Shown one piece after another: positions 51,960-64,000 of a stretch of DNA of 64,000 nt (the stretch's first letter is position 1; every line of letters begins with the position of its first letter). The stretch lies in contig OZ024743.1 in NCBI GenBank assembly GCA_964016885.1, positions 20,398,001 through 20,462,000 on the forward strand, in the 5' to 3' direction. Below the pieces are notes generated by a model. That model made no database searches. It was given only the letters and a program-made list of their open reading frames with translations, and was not told the DNA's origin. This DNA is from Eledone cirrhosa (lineage: Eukaryota). Position numbers and translations under genes: made by a program.

Positions 51960-53200
51960 CTATTGCTTTGTGGTATTTTAGGTCTTCTGTTTTTAGGAAG
52001 TAAGATCGTTTTCCTTCTCATTCAGGTGTTGTTTCTGGCTTTTTTTCATTGAGAATTATTTTCACCTGTTCTTTGTTTGTATCTGTTACATGGTTCAACG
52101 AGATGTCTGGAACTTTATCACTTCCTGGGGTTTTCCAGTTGTTCTGTTTTGCTAGTGTTTAAGTTTGTGTTATTGTGTTGTTATTAACCCCCATGAATGT
52201 TCAGGTTTAGCATTTGTTGTCTTTAACATTCACATCTATCATGATCACACTCCTCCTTCTCAAAATGTTTCTACTTACTGTTAGTGCTGCATTGATTTTG
52301 TTTTTACAGAGTTCTTGATAAAATTGTTTTGGATTGGAGTCAAACTGTTTTGTTGAAAGAAACATTGCTTTTCATAACATATTCTATGAGATTCAGTGAC
52401 AAACTTATGTTTCAAGTGTTCTTTGATTTTAGGTACATCCTTTTGTTTTCTCTCTTGTTATATTTCTGTTGTAATTGTTGGTGTTTTTCCATTTCTGTCT
52501 TTTTATTGTTAATTTCGTTAAGAATTCAGGGATCTTATCTTTTGTATCATTGGGTGTAGGTTAGTTTTCCTCTCATTGATTGCTTGGATTTACATATACT
52601 TACACAAAGGAGTTTTGAGGGGATTTCCACTGTTTTGTGATTGCCTGTTGCATAGATTCTTTTATTTATCTTGCTAGTATTGATATTCACATCTAGTTTC
52701 ACTAAGTTTATGAATTCCTATGTTTTATTACTCTTATTACTCTATTGTTAAGTTTCATATTTTTGTGGAAAGGTTGTTCTTTGATTCATGGAAGATCTGC
52801 TATAGATTATATTTCTTGAACTATTTCTGCCAAGTTATTGTGTCATATTCAAACAAATATTCCATATTTAGAATTGTTTTATTCTTAAATCATTCTCATA
52901 GTCATTTTTATTTAAATTTCATTTGCATAGTTGTGGTTTGGCTGTTATTGATAAATGTTCTGCATGTTTGATATGGTTAGTTGTTTTGTATGTGATAAGT
53001 CTAAATTATGGATTTATGTCCTCAATGTTTGTAACTTTAATGTTAATATTCTGCCTACCTGCATTTGTTTCTATTGTTAGTATTTTTAGTATGCATTCTT
53101 TCTTTTAATCATTCTGTTTCTATGGGTGATATTATTTAAGTTTTGAGAATGTCTCTTCTTAAATTATTTTCACGTGGAAAATCCAGGTACCATTGCTAGT
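51960..53200 (-). mobile_element. decayed non-LTR retrotransposon remnant, probably R4-like
   Basis: Minus translation NNWKTPGSDKV near 52110-52145 resembles the NWKAPGPD pre-RT motif; the rest is very degenerate. Confidence 0.4.
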
Positions 53201-53349
53201 TATTAATATTTTTCAGTTGTCTCATTTTTATTGCATATTTTCACTGCACGACTATGTGCAGTTCTGTATACCTTGTGAAGATGATGATGATGATGATTGT
53301 TTCTATGGAATATATTTGAAGATATATCTTCTCTTCTTTCTTCTTCTCC

Positions 53350-53890
53350 TTGTTCTTCTTTGCTCACTTATTCCTGAGAGGGTTGTGGGGGAAGAGTCCT
53401 CAAACACTTCTTCCAGCGGGTCCTGTCAGAAGCAACCATTTCCAACTGATCCGGTTGGATCCCCAGGCAAGACCAGCTGAGCTCATGAATGTTATTGCCA
53501 GTTGGTTTTGGTTGTAAAATCTGTCCAGTGATTCTTTCCTGAAACACTCTAACTACATGCCCATAATATCGGAGCTCTGATCTCTGTTTGGAGAAGTAGC
53601 AGCTCTATCTGGAGTGACTCTCTGATCTCTGAGCTACACACTTTGAGTAATGTTATTCTAAAGACCCTTCAGAGGAACCCTATTTCAGCCACTTGTATTC
53701 GCGATCATATTGTTTTGGTTATTACCCCAAATTCATGTCCATAGGTAAGAGTTGGCATAAATACCAAACTGAAGATAGTGAGTTTGGCTTTTACACCTAC
53801 CTCCATTCTTCTGATTACTGAATTCTGAAGCTTGTGCAGTAATGCACCAATTCTTGTTCTTAATCCAGCCTCATGCCTTCCATCACTTGT
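53350..53890 (-). mobile_element. RTE-clade Expander/Rex3-like C-terminal remnant
   Basis: Minus translation AKLTIFSLVFMPTLTYGHEF...SRIQVAEIGFL*RV...SSEIRESLQIE...LGIQPDQLEMVASDRTRW. Confidence 0.7.
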
Positions 53891-56077
53891 ATATGATAAA
53901 CTGTTTGTAAATTCAGAAATTGCATTTTTGTTGTTGTAAATTGCTTGGCAGCACTTTCATTGTATCTAATCTCACTTTCTTTCATTCTGTATAATGTGTC
54001 ATTGTCTAAATATTTAAATCTTATGAATGCTGAGAGCAATTTTTGTTTGTGTTATAACTTAACAATACATTTATTTGCAGTAAATTATGAAAATTATTTT
54101 GTATTATAAATTACTTTAAAAATATGTTATATTTATATATATGTTTTTATATTTCAGGTAAGTTTTCTGATTTGGGATATTACTGAGGCTCTTTGGTTAT
54201 TTTACTGATGGATTTTACATTAAATGTAAGGTAGGAAGAGTATTAATTTAACTTTCTATTCAATGAATTTCTCGTGAAATTCTTTATTTTTTTTTCAGTT
54301 GTTCTAACTTGTGTTAATAATCCACACAGAAAAAAGCAACATTTCACTTGGAGACTTAATGTTATGCTGGAATGCATTCTTAAAATAAAATTTTGAGTAT
54401 GAAAATTCAATATTTGAAGTATGAAGAAACACTGAAAATTTTCCATTTTATTCAAAATACATATTTTACAAAAGAAATAAAACCTTTGAAACAAATTTAT
54501 ATCAATTTCTGTCTTGTTTGCTAAATCAGAGATGAACTGAGATCAAACAACAATTGATGCACATTGATGTGCCTGGAAGACAAATTTGTATCATGCTAGG
54601 ATTTGAACAGTGAAAGCAAGATACACCTAAGTCAATAAGATATCAACTTATCAGTATTTTAAAAGACAATGTGTTCTCTCTAGGTTCAATGCTTGGACAT
54701 GTTGCTAGTTTACTTCCACTTACTTGCAGAATAGGTACTGTTGCTACAAGCAGCAGGAACATTGCATATTAATTGCTTCATGTTTTGTAAGCTTTAAGTG
54801 ATTGCTTCATATATTCTATGATGAAGGCTGCAATAAATTGGTCCTTTGTCTCTTGAGAGAGAAATATCTCACAAGCATAAATAATGTAAAAATCAAACTC
54901 CAGTACACTGTGTCAATTTCTCTAACAGTAATGTATAAAAAAATAATTTTAAAGAGTAAGTCATGCAACATGACACCGAGTAGCAATTTATCCAGTTCAT
55001 TACTATTTCCACCATTTTCTCTGATCTGTAGTTGTTTCTTGTTTTATACATGATAATGAGGAAAATATTGGAATCCATTCTTTGAAACAGCTAGATTATA
55101 ATTGATAGCATATTTCACAGGAGTTTTATTAAGGACTGTAATGTATAGTGTTATATATATTTTGGATAGGGAAGCACAGATGGAATTTATGATCAATCAA
55201 CATTATACACTCTCTTGGTAACATGAGCCTAAAAAAAAAGCTAACCGAAGAAGTGATAGGCTACAATCTTGTTACGATTGATTGATCTTTTACTAAAAGC
55301 ATTGAGCATTAATTAATGTTATTAGAAGGAATTGTCATCAAGACTTGCAGAACACCTCTCTCACCAATGATACATTGAGTACAATTGAAAAGCAAAATTC
55401 ATTATATAGAGACAATCAATTAAAGACTAAATCAAATTAAATCTAATGAGTGTCAGCTAAGAAAAGACACAGATAGGGAAGTGGAAATCTTTATTATACT
55501 TCCAAATGGAAAAGAATAAACAACAGACAATGGGTGCTTGAAACATATACTACCTCTCACTTTGAATAGTTTCTTATATTCTTCTAGAAAATCGTATTTT
55601 ACTCGAGTATGCTTAAGTTAAAAGAAAAATACCTGAATTTATTTTCAAGGAATATGGGAGAGACAAATAAGAAAACAACCAGTTTTTGATAGTGTATCAC
55701 TATTAATAACTGTATATTACATTGGATATATAATGTATAGTAAGAAAAATAATATCAGATTAGAAAAGCAATTACTTTATTGATTGCAAGGAAAAATATC
55801 ATATGTTCCTTAATATGAAAAGTGTTTGAAATACAGTTTTAAAAACACCAGAAATCATGTACCAGCAGTATTGCTGTCTTCAGTTATAAATTGCAGTTAA
55901 TAAAAGTATATTAGGAAAGAAACATACACTGCAACATTGATTTTGTCAAGTATATTATAAAAGCAATCAACAAAATAAACAGATATTTAGCAAAGGATTT
56001 AAAAAGTGCTTTATGTGTATTTTAGAGGAGCCACGTTACCATTTACAATTGTATGTAAATAAAGAAACCTCAGGCAG

Positions 56078-56147
<70 letters not shown>

Positions 56148-57192
56148 ATTTGTCATGGAAAAAACAGTAGCCTGTGTCACTGTATGGTAAAAATTTAGGG
56201 AGCTATTACTTCTGCTATAACAAAAGGATGTTTTCTTCAAGGAATGAGTGAATTGTATAATTCTTGTATGAGTTACACAATAACATAACTTGAATGGAGG
56301 TGTAAAGACTAGAGAGAAATTAAATGGGTATGTATTGAGGGATTTGTAATTTGAGTAAAATACAAATGGAATGAAATGTAGTGTGCAAGAGAGAAGGCTG
56401 TGGTAGTGAGAATAAATACTGCATATGGATCATGAGAATTGGGTGAAGAACTGCCTAGATATCCAGGTAAAAGACAATGATGGAGGAAGACATAGCTTGA
56501 GATGATGAAAGCTAATCCTAGGAGATTGAACCTCATGAAGGAGATAACAAACCACATCTATGTTTGGGAAGACCTGTGCAACATATGCAATCATGGAAAA
56601 TTAATTATATCTTATGATTTCTCAAGGCATTTGGATGATTTTAAATTAGAATTATTGAAATTCAAACACAGATTCACTACAATGATCATAGTATTAGAAA
56701 ATTGGGTAAAATACCCTTAGGCACAGAAAAATACATGACCAGCAGCCACTACAGATATGTATATATACTCATATTCACATACATTAATTAGGAGGAATTT
56801 ATTTGTTGTCATGCAAATAAGATAATGTGGAAGCAGGAGGATGTCTAATGAGATGTAGTGAGTGATTGAATAAAAGTGTGTGTAAGATTGAGGTATTTAT
56901 CACATTACTCATGTGACAAGCAGGAAAAAATAGGTGAGTGTAAGACAAAATTAGAGTTGATTGCAGTAAGAAGCATTAATATTATGTTGCTTTAAGCAAG
57001 ATGAGATTTAGTAATATTTTAACATTTTCATGCACAGACAGGTATTATGATAAAAGAACTTCTGGAATAAGAAGTGCATGTAAATAATATTGTCATAGTT
57101 TTGCAAATATTGTATTACCATATGTTTAATTTTGTATAACTATCATGACTCTGTTCTCTAGTTACCGGTAAAAAAAAAAAAGAAGTAATAAT

Positions 57193-57378
57193 TGTTTCTA
57201 CTTTTGGCACAAGGCCAGCAATTACCCAGTGCATTACTGGTACTTTATTTTATCGACCCCGTAAGGATGAAAGGCAAAGTTAACCTTGGTGGGATTTGAA
57301 CTCAGAATGGCAAGGACTGTAACTCTGTGTCAAAGCATGGCGTCCGACCCTCGACCGATACAGCCAATCCACCGCCCT
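57193..57378 (-). mobile_element. MetaSINE-like SINE with 12-bp TSD
   Basis: Same family; AGAAGTAATAAT at 57181-92 and 57379-90. Confidence 0.88.
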
Positions 57379-57774
57379 AGAAGTAATAATGACCATACAA
57401 GTGTATATATTGCTCCAACCAGTCCACAAACAATCAGCAAATACCCTAAACCAGCACTCATGATCTCAATTGCCCTCCAAATTCGGCAAACCAAATACGA
57501 ACTGCCTACCTTTCCAAACTTTGTGATTATATATCAATGGGAACTACCATTTGACAGTGGGTGTTAACACTTTTCTGAATAATTAATAATGTTTTGCTCT
57601 TAAATGAAAGGTACAAAGTTTTTTGTAAGAAATGCATCAAGTTTCACCAGCTTTTGTAATCTAATAACACTTTTTAGATTTTAGATTTTGGATACACTGA
57701 AGTATGTGGACGGACACACACACACAGATAACTATATCAGTCTATATACATATATGTATATATATTTATATATC

Positions 57775-58120
57775 ATGATCTTGCGTTTCATGTCCATCTT
57801 CCATGCTAGCATGGGTTAGATGGGTTGTCCTATTGGAGGCAAGTTGGGGCAGATGATCATGTCTTGCTCATGCAGAACTGATTTTAGCTTCATTTCTGTG
57901 GCCGGGTGCCCTTCCTAACACCAACCATATTTAGAGAGTACTGAGCACTTTTTGTCGTGACACCTACATGACCAATTTATAGTGTGGGCTGGGTGCTTTT
58001 TATCATGACACCTGCACGACCACCTTAGCATGTGGGCTGGATACTTTTTGTCGTGACACCTGCATGACCAATTTACAGTGTGGACTGGATAATTATTGTT
58101 GTGACGCCTATACGGCCACC
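57775..58120 (-). repeat. RTE 3' UTR fragment with about four tandem ~45-bp units
   Basis: TTTTTGTCGTGACACCT(A/G)CATGACCA...GTGTGG(G/A)CTGG repeated. Confidence 0.75.
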
Positions 58121-59243
58121 TTATATATGTATAAACGTGTGTAATTGATGCTCTTAACTAATGCATATGGAGCTTTTTTATTGAGAAACATAATAATCGA
58201 TATATATTTTATGTATGTATCAATTAAACCTAAGCATAGTATGTATATATATATACATGTGCGCACACACACACACCCACATTAATATCTATTAATAGTA
58301 CAAGTTTTCAAAATATTTACATGTTCGGACAAATGGTAGTTTTGTAATGACTATGAATTATTACTATCCCCCATCCACTTACATACATATCATCACCACC
58401 ACCACCATCCCCACAACCACTATTGATTGATATAGGTTCCATGAATCTGTTGAGAGCCTTGTTCTCAAAGAGCACCACTATCCTCTCCTCTTCATCCCTG
58501 TCTGCATATCCACTCTCCATATGATTTTCTTCTGTTCCTTGCACCCTATCTCCTATGTTCAAGTCCTTTGCTCATATTAAGACACTCTTCATCCCTTACA
58601 CATATCCTTCATCTTCATATATTCACTCATCTTCAAAGTTTCCCTGTCTTCTTGTATCACTCTCGCCCTCTGTTTTATCATAGTGTGATATACTGCTAAT
58701 TTCACTAGTGTAGATTGGGACAGAATGTCTATATGGAGTGTTTGTAGAATCCTCTTAGCTTCAGTGAAGGCAACTCATCTAGGAGACAGTAACTTTGAAT
58801 AAATACTTTAATGGAGGAGATATAGATTCTATAAACTATTGAAAATGCAACCCTTCTGGGAAAGTAATAACTCTGAATATAAACATACACAGTGTAGTGT
58901 GAACATTTTAGTCTTGACAGACAATTACTTTAGTGCTGTTGGAATAACAGAATGCTCTCATCTATACAATAAAGTTGTCATCAGAAGGGCATCCAGCCAG
59001 TGCAACCATACCAAAATAGGAGAAGCAATTACATTGATGACTCGTAACTACTTTGACACACATATATATATACTTACATACATGTATCTCCTCCCACACT
59101 GACACAAATGCACACACACACACACACACATTTAAACATGTAATATGCAAAACACAACTGTTAAAAGGTTATTTTTTCCTCAGGTATCTTATATATCTTT
59201 ACATTTTAAGTGGTTGATGCAATACTCACATTTTATGTGATTT

Positions 59244-60565
59244 CATCATCATCATCATCGTTTAACGCCCGTGTTCCACGCTTGCATGGGTTTGGACGAG
59301 AGTTTTCCCACTTGAGGCAAGAGTGATTGTCTTGCTCGCATAGGACTGTCTGGCGGGTTTTCTACAGCTGGATGCCCTTCCTAACACCAACCACATTTAC
59401 AGTGTGGGCTGGGAGGTTTTTACCGTGTTGCCTACACGGCCACATTACAGCGTGGACTGTGTTTTTTTGTCATAACACCTACACGATCTCATTTGTTTCG
59501 GCCTGGATGTTGTGGCACCAACATAACTTTACATTGAAAGGGGCGGTGTGGATGGGGTGGGGGTGGTGGGACGGGGGTATATTTTGTTAGAGATGCCTAC
59601 TGACTGTAGTAGGTTTTACTTTGTATTTAGGTAAGGCGGGTCTTCTCTGTTACTGAGTACCGCCAAAGGTCTCGGTCCAGTGACATTGTCTTGGAGAGGT
59701 GTAAGTGTGTGAGGTCGGAATTTATCAGCTCGTCCCAGGTTTTTCTGGGTCTGCCTACTCCGTAGCTACCGTCTATCTTTATTGCCCTGCACTTTGTTAT
59801 ACAGCTGTCGTCTTTCATGCGCATCACGTGACCATACCAACGTAGCCTTCTCTCGAGTAAACAACATCTGATCCCTCTTATTTCTAATTTTTTCCTTAGT
59901 TCGTTTATGCTTTGCCGTTCACGTATATTACTATTACACATCCAGCGGAGCATGCAAGCTTCGTTCCTCTCTAGTCTGCGTATATCCTCTGCACACAATA
60001 CCCAGGTCTCACTGCCATGCAACATTGCTGTTCGTATGCAGGCATCATACAACCTGCCTTTCATTTTTAGGGAGAACCCTTTAGCGGCTAATAGTGGTAT
60101 AAGCTCTCTGAACTTTTTCCATCCAGTTCTGACTCTAGCTACTGTACTTTCAGAGCACCCTCGCCCCCTGCTGATTTTGTCACCCAGGTAACGGAAGCTG
60201 TCCACTATTTCTATAGAACCCTCTGCGCAATTGAAAGAGCTAGTATTTGTGGGCACTTGCTGCTACTTATTGCACCAGAGCACCGACAACATGTAAAATC
60301 TATGTTCTTAGTTAGCTTACCTGTGATCCCACTACATCTTTTATGCACCCATACTTTGCATTTGGGACATAAAATGGAGTTTCTACCTACGCCTTTCCTA
60401 CACACTTAGCATGGCCATTTCCCGGAAGGGACCGGCGCCTTATTTTCTTTCCTACAAACTAGAACTTTAGTCTTAGCCAGGTTAATTTTAAGGCCTTTTG
60501 ATTCTAGGCCGTGCTTCCATGTTTGGAATTTCTTCTCTAGCTCGGCCATTGATTCAGCTATGAGC
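59244..60565 (-). mobile_element. young 5'-truncated RTE LINE
   Basis: ORF 59627-60256 (FRYLGD...MLHGSETW...RRLRWYGHVMR...GRPRKTW), upstream Cys-rich ORF in a shifted frame, 3' UTR and (GAT)n tail. Confidence 0.95.
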
Positions 60566-61340
60566 GTTTGAATTAAACCTGTTTTATCTGTTCCTTAAGC
60601 AATCCATATTGTCCCATTAACCTGTCACCACAGCTCACATTGACCATTTAACACAAATAGATACATGATTCTTTATTTCACCGAGCTGGTGAATTATTTC
60701 ATATCGCTGTAATATATCGAACCAACATGTCATTTTTATTTAGAGGTAAGATAAACATTTTATAAAAAAAAAAAATTAAATTAAAATGAAAATGAGATGT
60801 GTATAAACAGATGTCAGTTTCAACAATCATCATCTGAACAGCATTTAGTCCTTCCAAAATATAGATAAGAGAAATACTACATATTACTCCAGTGTGGTAA
60901 TTAAAAGAAGAATGTGTTGATTGTTTTAACACCAAATGGGAGATTGTGGAAGACAGTAAGCCATACAAGAAATAGTTTAAGTAGTGTAAATGTGTACAAC
61001 TGGGATGTACCATATGTAATTCATGTGATTATTTAAGAGGTTTGAAATTTACACAAAATAATGCCACAAAGAGAAATGCTATATTGCTACCAAATTATAA
61101 AAAGGTTGTCCCATTTGATTGAACTGCTAATTGTAAATGCTAGTACAAAGTCAAATGTTTTATAGCATCCACAATGTTTATAATCTAAATTGTTAGGAAT
61201 GCCACATTATTTGTTTACAACAGATTTCTTTTCTTGATTTACAATTCAATACTTGTCATGAAGCTGCCACTTGAAATTTATAAATATAGTTAAACTTGAC
61301 TCATTGTATATTATATTATACAATAATATATATATATATA

Positions 61341-61909
61341 TCATCATCATCATCGTTTAACATCCAATCTTCCATGCTAGCATGGGTTTGGACGGGAATT
61401 TTCCCACTTGAGGCAAGATTGGTTGTCTTGCTCGTATAGGACTGTCTGGCGGGTTTTCTATGGCTGGATGCCCTTCCTAACACCAACCATGTTTACATTG
61501 TGGACTGGGAGGTTTTTACCGTGTTACCTACATGGCCACATTACAGTGTGGACTGTGTGTTTTTTTGTCGTGACACCTACACGCCCTCATTTGTTTTGGA
61601 CTGGATGCTGTGGTACCAACATAACTTTACATTGGAAGGGGTGGTGTGGATGGGGTGGGGGTAGTGGGGCTGGGGTGTATTTTTGTTAGAGGTGCCTACT
61701 GACTGTAGGTTCCGCTTTGTACTTAGGCAAGGCGGATCTTCTGTATTACTGTGTATTGCCAAAGATCTCGGTCCAGTGACATTGTCTTGGAGAGGTGTAA
61801 GTGTGTGAAGTCGGAGTTTAGCAAGTCGTCCCAGGTTTTTCTGGGTCTGCCTACGCCGTGGCTACCATCTATTTTTATCGCCCTGCACTTTTTTATACAG
61901 CTGTCGTCA
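61341..61909 (-). mobile_element. RTE LINE 3' fragment, bounded by (TA)n and the adjacent PLE
   Basis: Aligns with 59244-59815. Confidence 0.9.
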
Positions 61910-62310
61910 TATATATATATATATATATCATATATAAGATCAAAAGATGGTTAAAAGAGTTCCATGTATTTTATTATGTGCATTTCAAAAACAAATATCA
62001 TCATGCGATGACATTTGCGTTTTCGTCATGATATGAAGGTTAAAAAACACTTGTGAATGGTGCAGTTTTAAATCAACATATGAAAAGTAGTTTTAGATTG
62101 ATGTGTGATATTGGGAAAAAATTGAAGGGGGTGGGGGGTGGAAGGGATGAAAGAGAGGAGGAGATGAGAGTAAAGAATGGAGGTGGAGGAGTATAATAAG
62201 GAAGGATGAGATAGGAGGAGAGATAGGTGATAGAGAGAGAAAGATAGCTTTTATAACTGAGAAAAATATATTGTTTTACAGAGAGAGGTTAAAAAACCGT
62301 TGGAAAATAA

Positions 62311-62521
62311 TCATCATCATCGTTTAACGTCCGTGTTCCACGCTTGCATGGGTTTGGACGGGGGTTTTCCCACTTGAGGCAAGAGTGATTGTCTTGCTCG
62401 CATAGGACTGTCTGGCGGGTTTTCTACAGCTGGATGCCCTTCCTAACACCAACCACATTTACATTGTGGGGCTGGTTTTTTTTTACCGTGTTGCCTACAC
62501 GGCCACATTACAGCGTGGACT
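62311..62521 (-). mobile_element. short RTE 3' tail nested in the PLE 3' UTR
   Basis: Near-identical to 59250-59460. Confidence 0.9.
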
Positions 62522-63418
62522 AAATAAAACAAATTTGAAAATTAACGAAGAGAAAAATTTAAGAAAAATGTTAAATTAAGGTTTGTATATTGAAGGGTTT
62601 AATAATATGTGCGATGAAAAGAAATTGTTAATATGTATTAAGAATAATATTAAGTTAAGGTTTGAATGTTGAAGGGTTTAATAATATGTGCGATGGAAAG
62701 AAATTGTTGATATGTATTATTAAAAAAATATAAAAATAGTAATGTAATTAAGGATATATTGTGAAAAGAAGTAGAAGAGTGGATGAATTAATATATGTAA
62801 ATAGTTTGTTTACAAATGAGCACAGAAAGCAAAGAAAGCAAAGAAGGAGATAGAGTTTAAGGAGAAGACCTTAACATCAAGATATGTATGTTTATGAAGT
62901 ATTTACTAATGGTAATAATATAATGTAATAAAAGAGATTAGTTAGGGTTTAAGTTTGATTTTATGTGTTGTGATGTGTAATGAGGAAGTTAGATGAGCAT
63001 GAAAGGGAGAAAAAAATAATGAATTGAGGATGAATAATCTAACGTAAAAAAAAATGTTTATGTTTACGAAGGATTTTTCAAGGTGATACTATAAATTATT
63101 TAAAAGGGTAATAGTAAATTTTATGGCCAGTGATAGGATGGAAGAAGGAAGAGTGGATATATTGTGGTGAGTAATAATGAGAATTAAGAAGTATCTAGGA
63201 AGAAAAGGTACAGATTAGAGGTTAGAAATTAAAAGAAAAAAGGAAGAAAGGGAAGTGATAAATAGGAGTGATATAGAATGAGTAACTAGTATTATATAAT
63301 GTATAATAAATAAACATTGAAATAAGGTAGAAAGATGGGTATATTTTTAAAGAAATGTATATGTATATATATATGTGCCTTCGAGAAAAAGGATTTTAAA
63401 TTGGTAAAGTATTAGATA

Positions 63419-63880
63419 TTAGCTGTATACTTTATGGAATGTTCTGTGGAATGTATGCAAGCAGAGAGAAAACAAGTCAGTGCGTCTATTTATTATAGAA
63501 TCTAAATTAGATATAATAGTAAATTTCTCACATAAACAGAGATTACATGTCTTGGATAGAGAGGCATTCAAGTATGGAGAAGCAGAACAAACCTTCCTCC
63601 AAGAGATGTTATAGTTAATATTTTTGTCTTTCAAGGACCATATGAGTTCTGAGAGTGCCGTGTTGGTTCTTTTAAGTTGGTATTTAAAAGACGAATGATG
63701 ATTATAAAGACGAGCTTTAAAGGAGGTGAAAGTGGAGCCAAAATAGGTGAAGGAATTGGTGTCAGTTATAACTTTACATTCATAGATTAAGTTTTTTTTA
63801 AGACAATGGTTGCTGAGAGGACATTTATTTTTAACAGGGCAATTACAATTGCGATTAGAGAAATTAAGAGTTATTAACAA
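63419..63880 (-). CDS. PLE GIY-YIG endonuclease domain with CxCx5Cx5C linker (C-terminal part of PLE ORF; apparent frameshift near 63866)
   Basis: CNCPVKNKCPLSNHC-LKKNLIYECKV...TYFGST...FKARLYNH...TALSELIWSLKD...CNLCLCEK...INRRTDLFSLCLH. Confidence 0.85.
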   Translation of the reverse strand: MLITLNFSNRNCNCPVKNKCPLSNHCLKKNLIYECKVITDTNSFTYFGSTFTSFKARLYNHHSSFKYQLKRTNTALSELIWSLKDKNINYNISWRKVCSASPYLNASLSKTCNLCLCEKFTIISNLDSIINRRTDLFSLCLHTFHRTFHKVYS

Positions 63881-64000
63881 GTGACCTAGTGTTACCTATA
63901 GAAGGAATTGGATTGGAGAAGTTATTTACGATAGGAATAATAGTTTCTTGATTTAGATTGGGATTAAGAACATTTAACGAAGTTGCGTTTGACATTGTAT

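Larger units (their letters stand above)
61930..64000 (-). mobile_element. second Penelope-like element 3' part (runs off the window)
   Basis: GIY-YIG ORF, ~1.3-kb strand-skewed 3' UTR, degenerate hammerhead-like motif at 61967-62033, terminating at (TA)n. Confidence 0.82.

Noticed and set aside
57950-58120. Regularly spaced repeats resembling a CRISPR array (also 44120-44300)
   Set aside because: Whole units are homologous with no unique spacers; part of the RTE 3' UTR; eukaryotic context with no cas genes.

Overview
AT-rich, repeat-dense eukaryotic DNA with no confidently identifiable host gene. The repeat families (RTE LINEs with (GAT)n tails, tRNA-derived MetaSINE-like SINEs, long microsatellites) suggest an octopus/coleoid intron or intergenic region; this is inferred, not verified. 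Most ORFs in the track are spurious. The window holds a near-intact Tx1/L1-clade LINE (about 28.9-34.7 kb, minus strand, two nonsense codons in ORF2), a decayed mariner with TIRs and TA duplication, many RTE fragments (one split by a TTAA piggyBac-like MITE), CRE, R4 and Expander-like remnants, and two Penelope-like (PLE) 3' ends with GIY-YIG endonuclease. The main unannotated signal is a set of type I hammerhead ribozyme motifs on both strands in three distinct fold-back elements beside (TA)n tracts (23.5-27.2, 34.7-35.3, 41.9-42.8 kb), plus a degenerate motif at 62 kb. One inverted PLE terminal copy carries a cluster of T>C changes resembling fixed A-to-I editing. A candidate recursive splice site lies at 54157/54158. 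All alignments, folds and counts were done by eye.
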